This document shows positions 35,588 to 36,636 of a stretch of DNA of 36,636 bases, piece by piece (positions within the stretch are counted from its first letter, which is position 1; the number at the start of each line of letters is the position of its first letter). The notes below the pieces were generated by a model. The model saw nothing but the letters and a program-made list of their open reading frames with translations, was not told where the DNA came from and searched no databases. Where the stretch lies: assembly GCA_041648155.1 (NCBI GenBank), contig JBAZPL010000002.1, positions 1-36,636 of the forward strand, written 5' to 3'. The position numbers were made by a program, and so were the translations under genes. Source of the stretch: Candidatus Krumholzibacteriia bacterium. GTDB lineage: Bacteria; Krumholzibacteriota; Krumholzibacteriia; Krumholzibacteriales; Krumholzibacteriaceae.

Positions 35588-36636
35588 CGTTTTCCCTCCG
35601 GGACGCCTGTATTCTCAAGCCGCTTCCGGGCTTCCTCGATATTTTTCGAGACGCTTTCGTTATCGGGATCGATGTCGAGAATCTTCTTCCACTGCTCGAT
35701 GGCGCTCGTATACTTGCTCTGGGTAAAGAACTTCAGCCCTTCGATGTAGAGCGCGCGAACCTGCGCTTTCTCCTTGTCGGTGAGCGGCGTCATGCGGCGC
35801 TGGGCGCGGAGCAGGAGCTTCCGCCCCTCCTCGTGGGTCGGCTCCAGTCTGAGGAGCTCGCCGAGCTCGGCGGACGCGTCGGCATATCTTCCGTCCCCGA
35901 ACGCCTTCACGGCTCCGTCGAAGAGCTCCATGACCCTCAGCCTCTTGCTCGTTTGCGTATAATCCCTGCTCATCTCGTCGAGACGCCGGTTGATCCGGTC
36001 CGCGGCTTGCTTCGCCTCGGCCGATTCGGGATCGAGCGTCCGCACGACGTTCCATTCGCCGAGGGCGGCCGCGAGCTGCCCTCGCCGCTCAAGATCGATC
36101 GCCTGGACCCGGTGCTGCTCGGCGAGGCTTCCGAGCTTCTCCTCCGTTTTCCCGAGATACTCGCGCGCATTTACGTTCGACGAATCGAGCTCGAGGACGT
36201 TGCGCCACTCCGCACGGGACAAAACGTAATCGTCCTTGCTGTAATAATCGAGGCCGAGCCTGAAATGCCGGCTGATGAGGGCGGCCTTTTCGGCATCCTG
36301 CGTGCGCGCCTCCTCCTTCGCAAGAATGGTGCGCTCCACGACGGCGAGCGTTTCGGAGACGGCGACGTCCGTGGGATCGTACTCGAGGGCGATCTTGAGC
36401 TCGTCGAGCGCTTTGCCGAGCGCGCCTTCCTTCCGGTAGCGCTCCGCCTCGCCCACGTGGCCGGAAATCCGCTTCGCAAGGATCTGCTGGATGCGTCTCT
36501 CCTCTTCGGCGAGGAGGCGCTGCTCGCGGGTAGCGATCTTCTCCTCGATCGAAGCGCCGATGCGGTACGATAGCGTCAGAGGATGCGAGCTCCCTGCGTC
36601 GCCGCGGCTGAAGTAGCCGTAGTCGAACGAGAAGCC
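35584..36636 (-). CDS. TPR/coiled-coil protein, C-terminal part; the gene continues past the right edge of the window
   Basis: The track shows 35584..36456 from a GTG, but the same frame stays open to base 36636 (upstream residues GFSFDYGYFSRGDAGSSHPLTLSYRIGASIEEKIATREQRLLAEEERRIQQILAKRISGH). TPR-like units include GALGKALDELKIALEYDP, YVLSRAEWRNVLELDSSN, LAAALGEWNVVRTLDPES, YADASAELGELLRLEPTH and YTSAIEQWKKILDIDPDN. Confidence 0.75.
   Translation of the reverse strand, partial: GFSFDYGYFSRGDAGSSHPLTLSYRIGASIEEKIATREQRLLAEEERRIQQILAKRISGHVGEAERYRKEGALGKALDELKIALEYDPTDVAVSETLAVVERTILAKEEARTQDAEKAALISRHFRLGLDYYSKDDYVLSRAEWRNVLELDSSNVNAREYLGKTEEKLGSLAEQHRVQAIDLERRGQLAAALGEWNVVRTLDPESAEAKQAADRINRRLDEMSRDYTQTSKRLRVMELFDGAVKAFGDGRYADASAELGELLRLEPTHEEGRKLLLRAQRRMTPLTDKEKAQVRALYIEGLKFFTQSKYTSAIEQWKKILDIDPDNESVSKNIEEARKRLENTGVPEGKR

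Noticed and set aside
30458-35749. Two very long + strand ORFs (806 aa at 30458..32878 and 954 aa at 32885..35749) and an out-of-frame minus ORF (558 aa at 33429..35105)
   Set aside because: They lie antisense or out of frame to the ParA and megaprotein genes, which show strong multi-domain motifs. Their translations are Arg/Asp/Leu/Pro-rich without recognisable motifs. Long stop-free antisense frames are expected in high-GC DNA with GC3-biased codons.

Overview
High-GC (~60%+) bacterial chromosomal segment, probably from an uncultured diderm lineage (LPS-core genes, OmpA-type and beta-barrel proteins). It is densely packed with about 27 genes, 23 of them on the minus strand, and many are joined by 4-nt ATGA/GTGA/TTGA start-stop overlaps. 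Housekeeping content: galE, uvrA, mazG, an OmpA-family protein with thrombospondin-type-3 repeats, DUF1844, two tandem XRE-cupin regulators, an LPS-core trio (GT9 heptosyltransferase-like, Kdo transferase waaA, radical-SAM/SPASM), tsaC, purE, purD, a LarA-type racemase homolog, carbamate kinase and an aminotransferase. Accessory content: a 515-aa orphan protein; an overlapping three-gene envelope cluster (lamin-tail-domain surface protein, beta-barrel protein, helix-hairpin-helix lipoprotein); and a vWA membrane protein coupled to a LolA-like/thioredoxin fusion. The most unusual locus is 28.4-36.6 kb, a terminator-bounded operon built around one 1420-aa ORF. That ORF fuses an RsbW/SpoIIAB-type serine kinase, a two-TM sensor plus HAMP, a PP2C/SpoIIE phosphatase, a transposase-like double HTH and three STAS domains. 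An orphan ParA-like ATPase, two TPR proteins and two free-standing STAS proteins with the same YISSxGWG motif flank it, and no sigma factor gene lies in the window. I saw no rRNA, tRNA, CRISPR array or intact mobile element. The many long Arg/Pro/Gly-rich ORFs in the supplied track are antisense or out-of-frame shadows of the real genes. All homology calls come from reading the translations, since no database search was possible.
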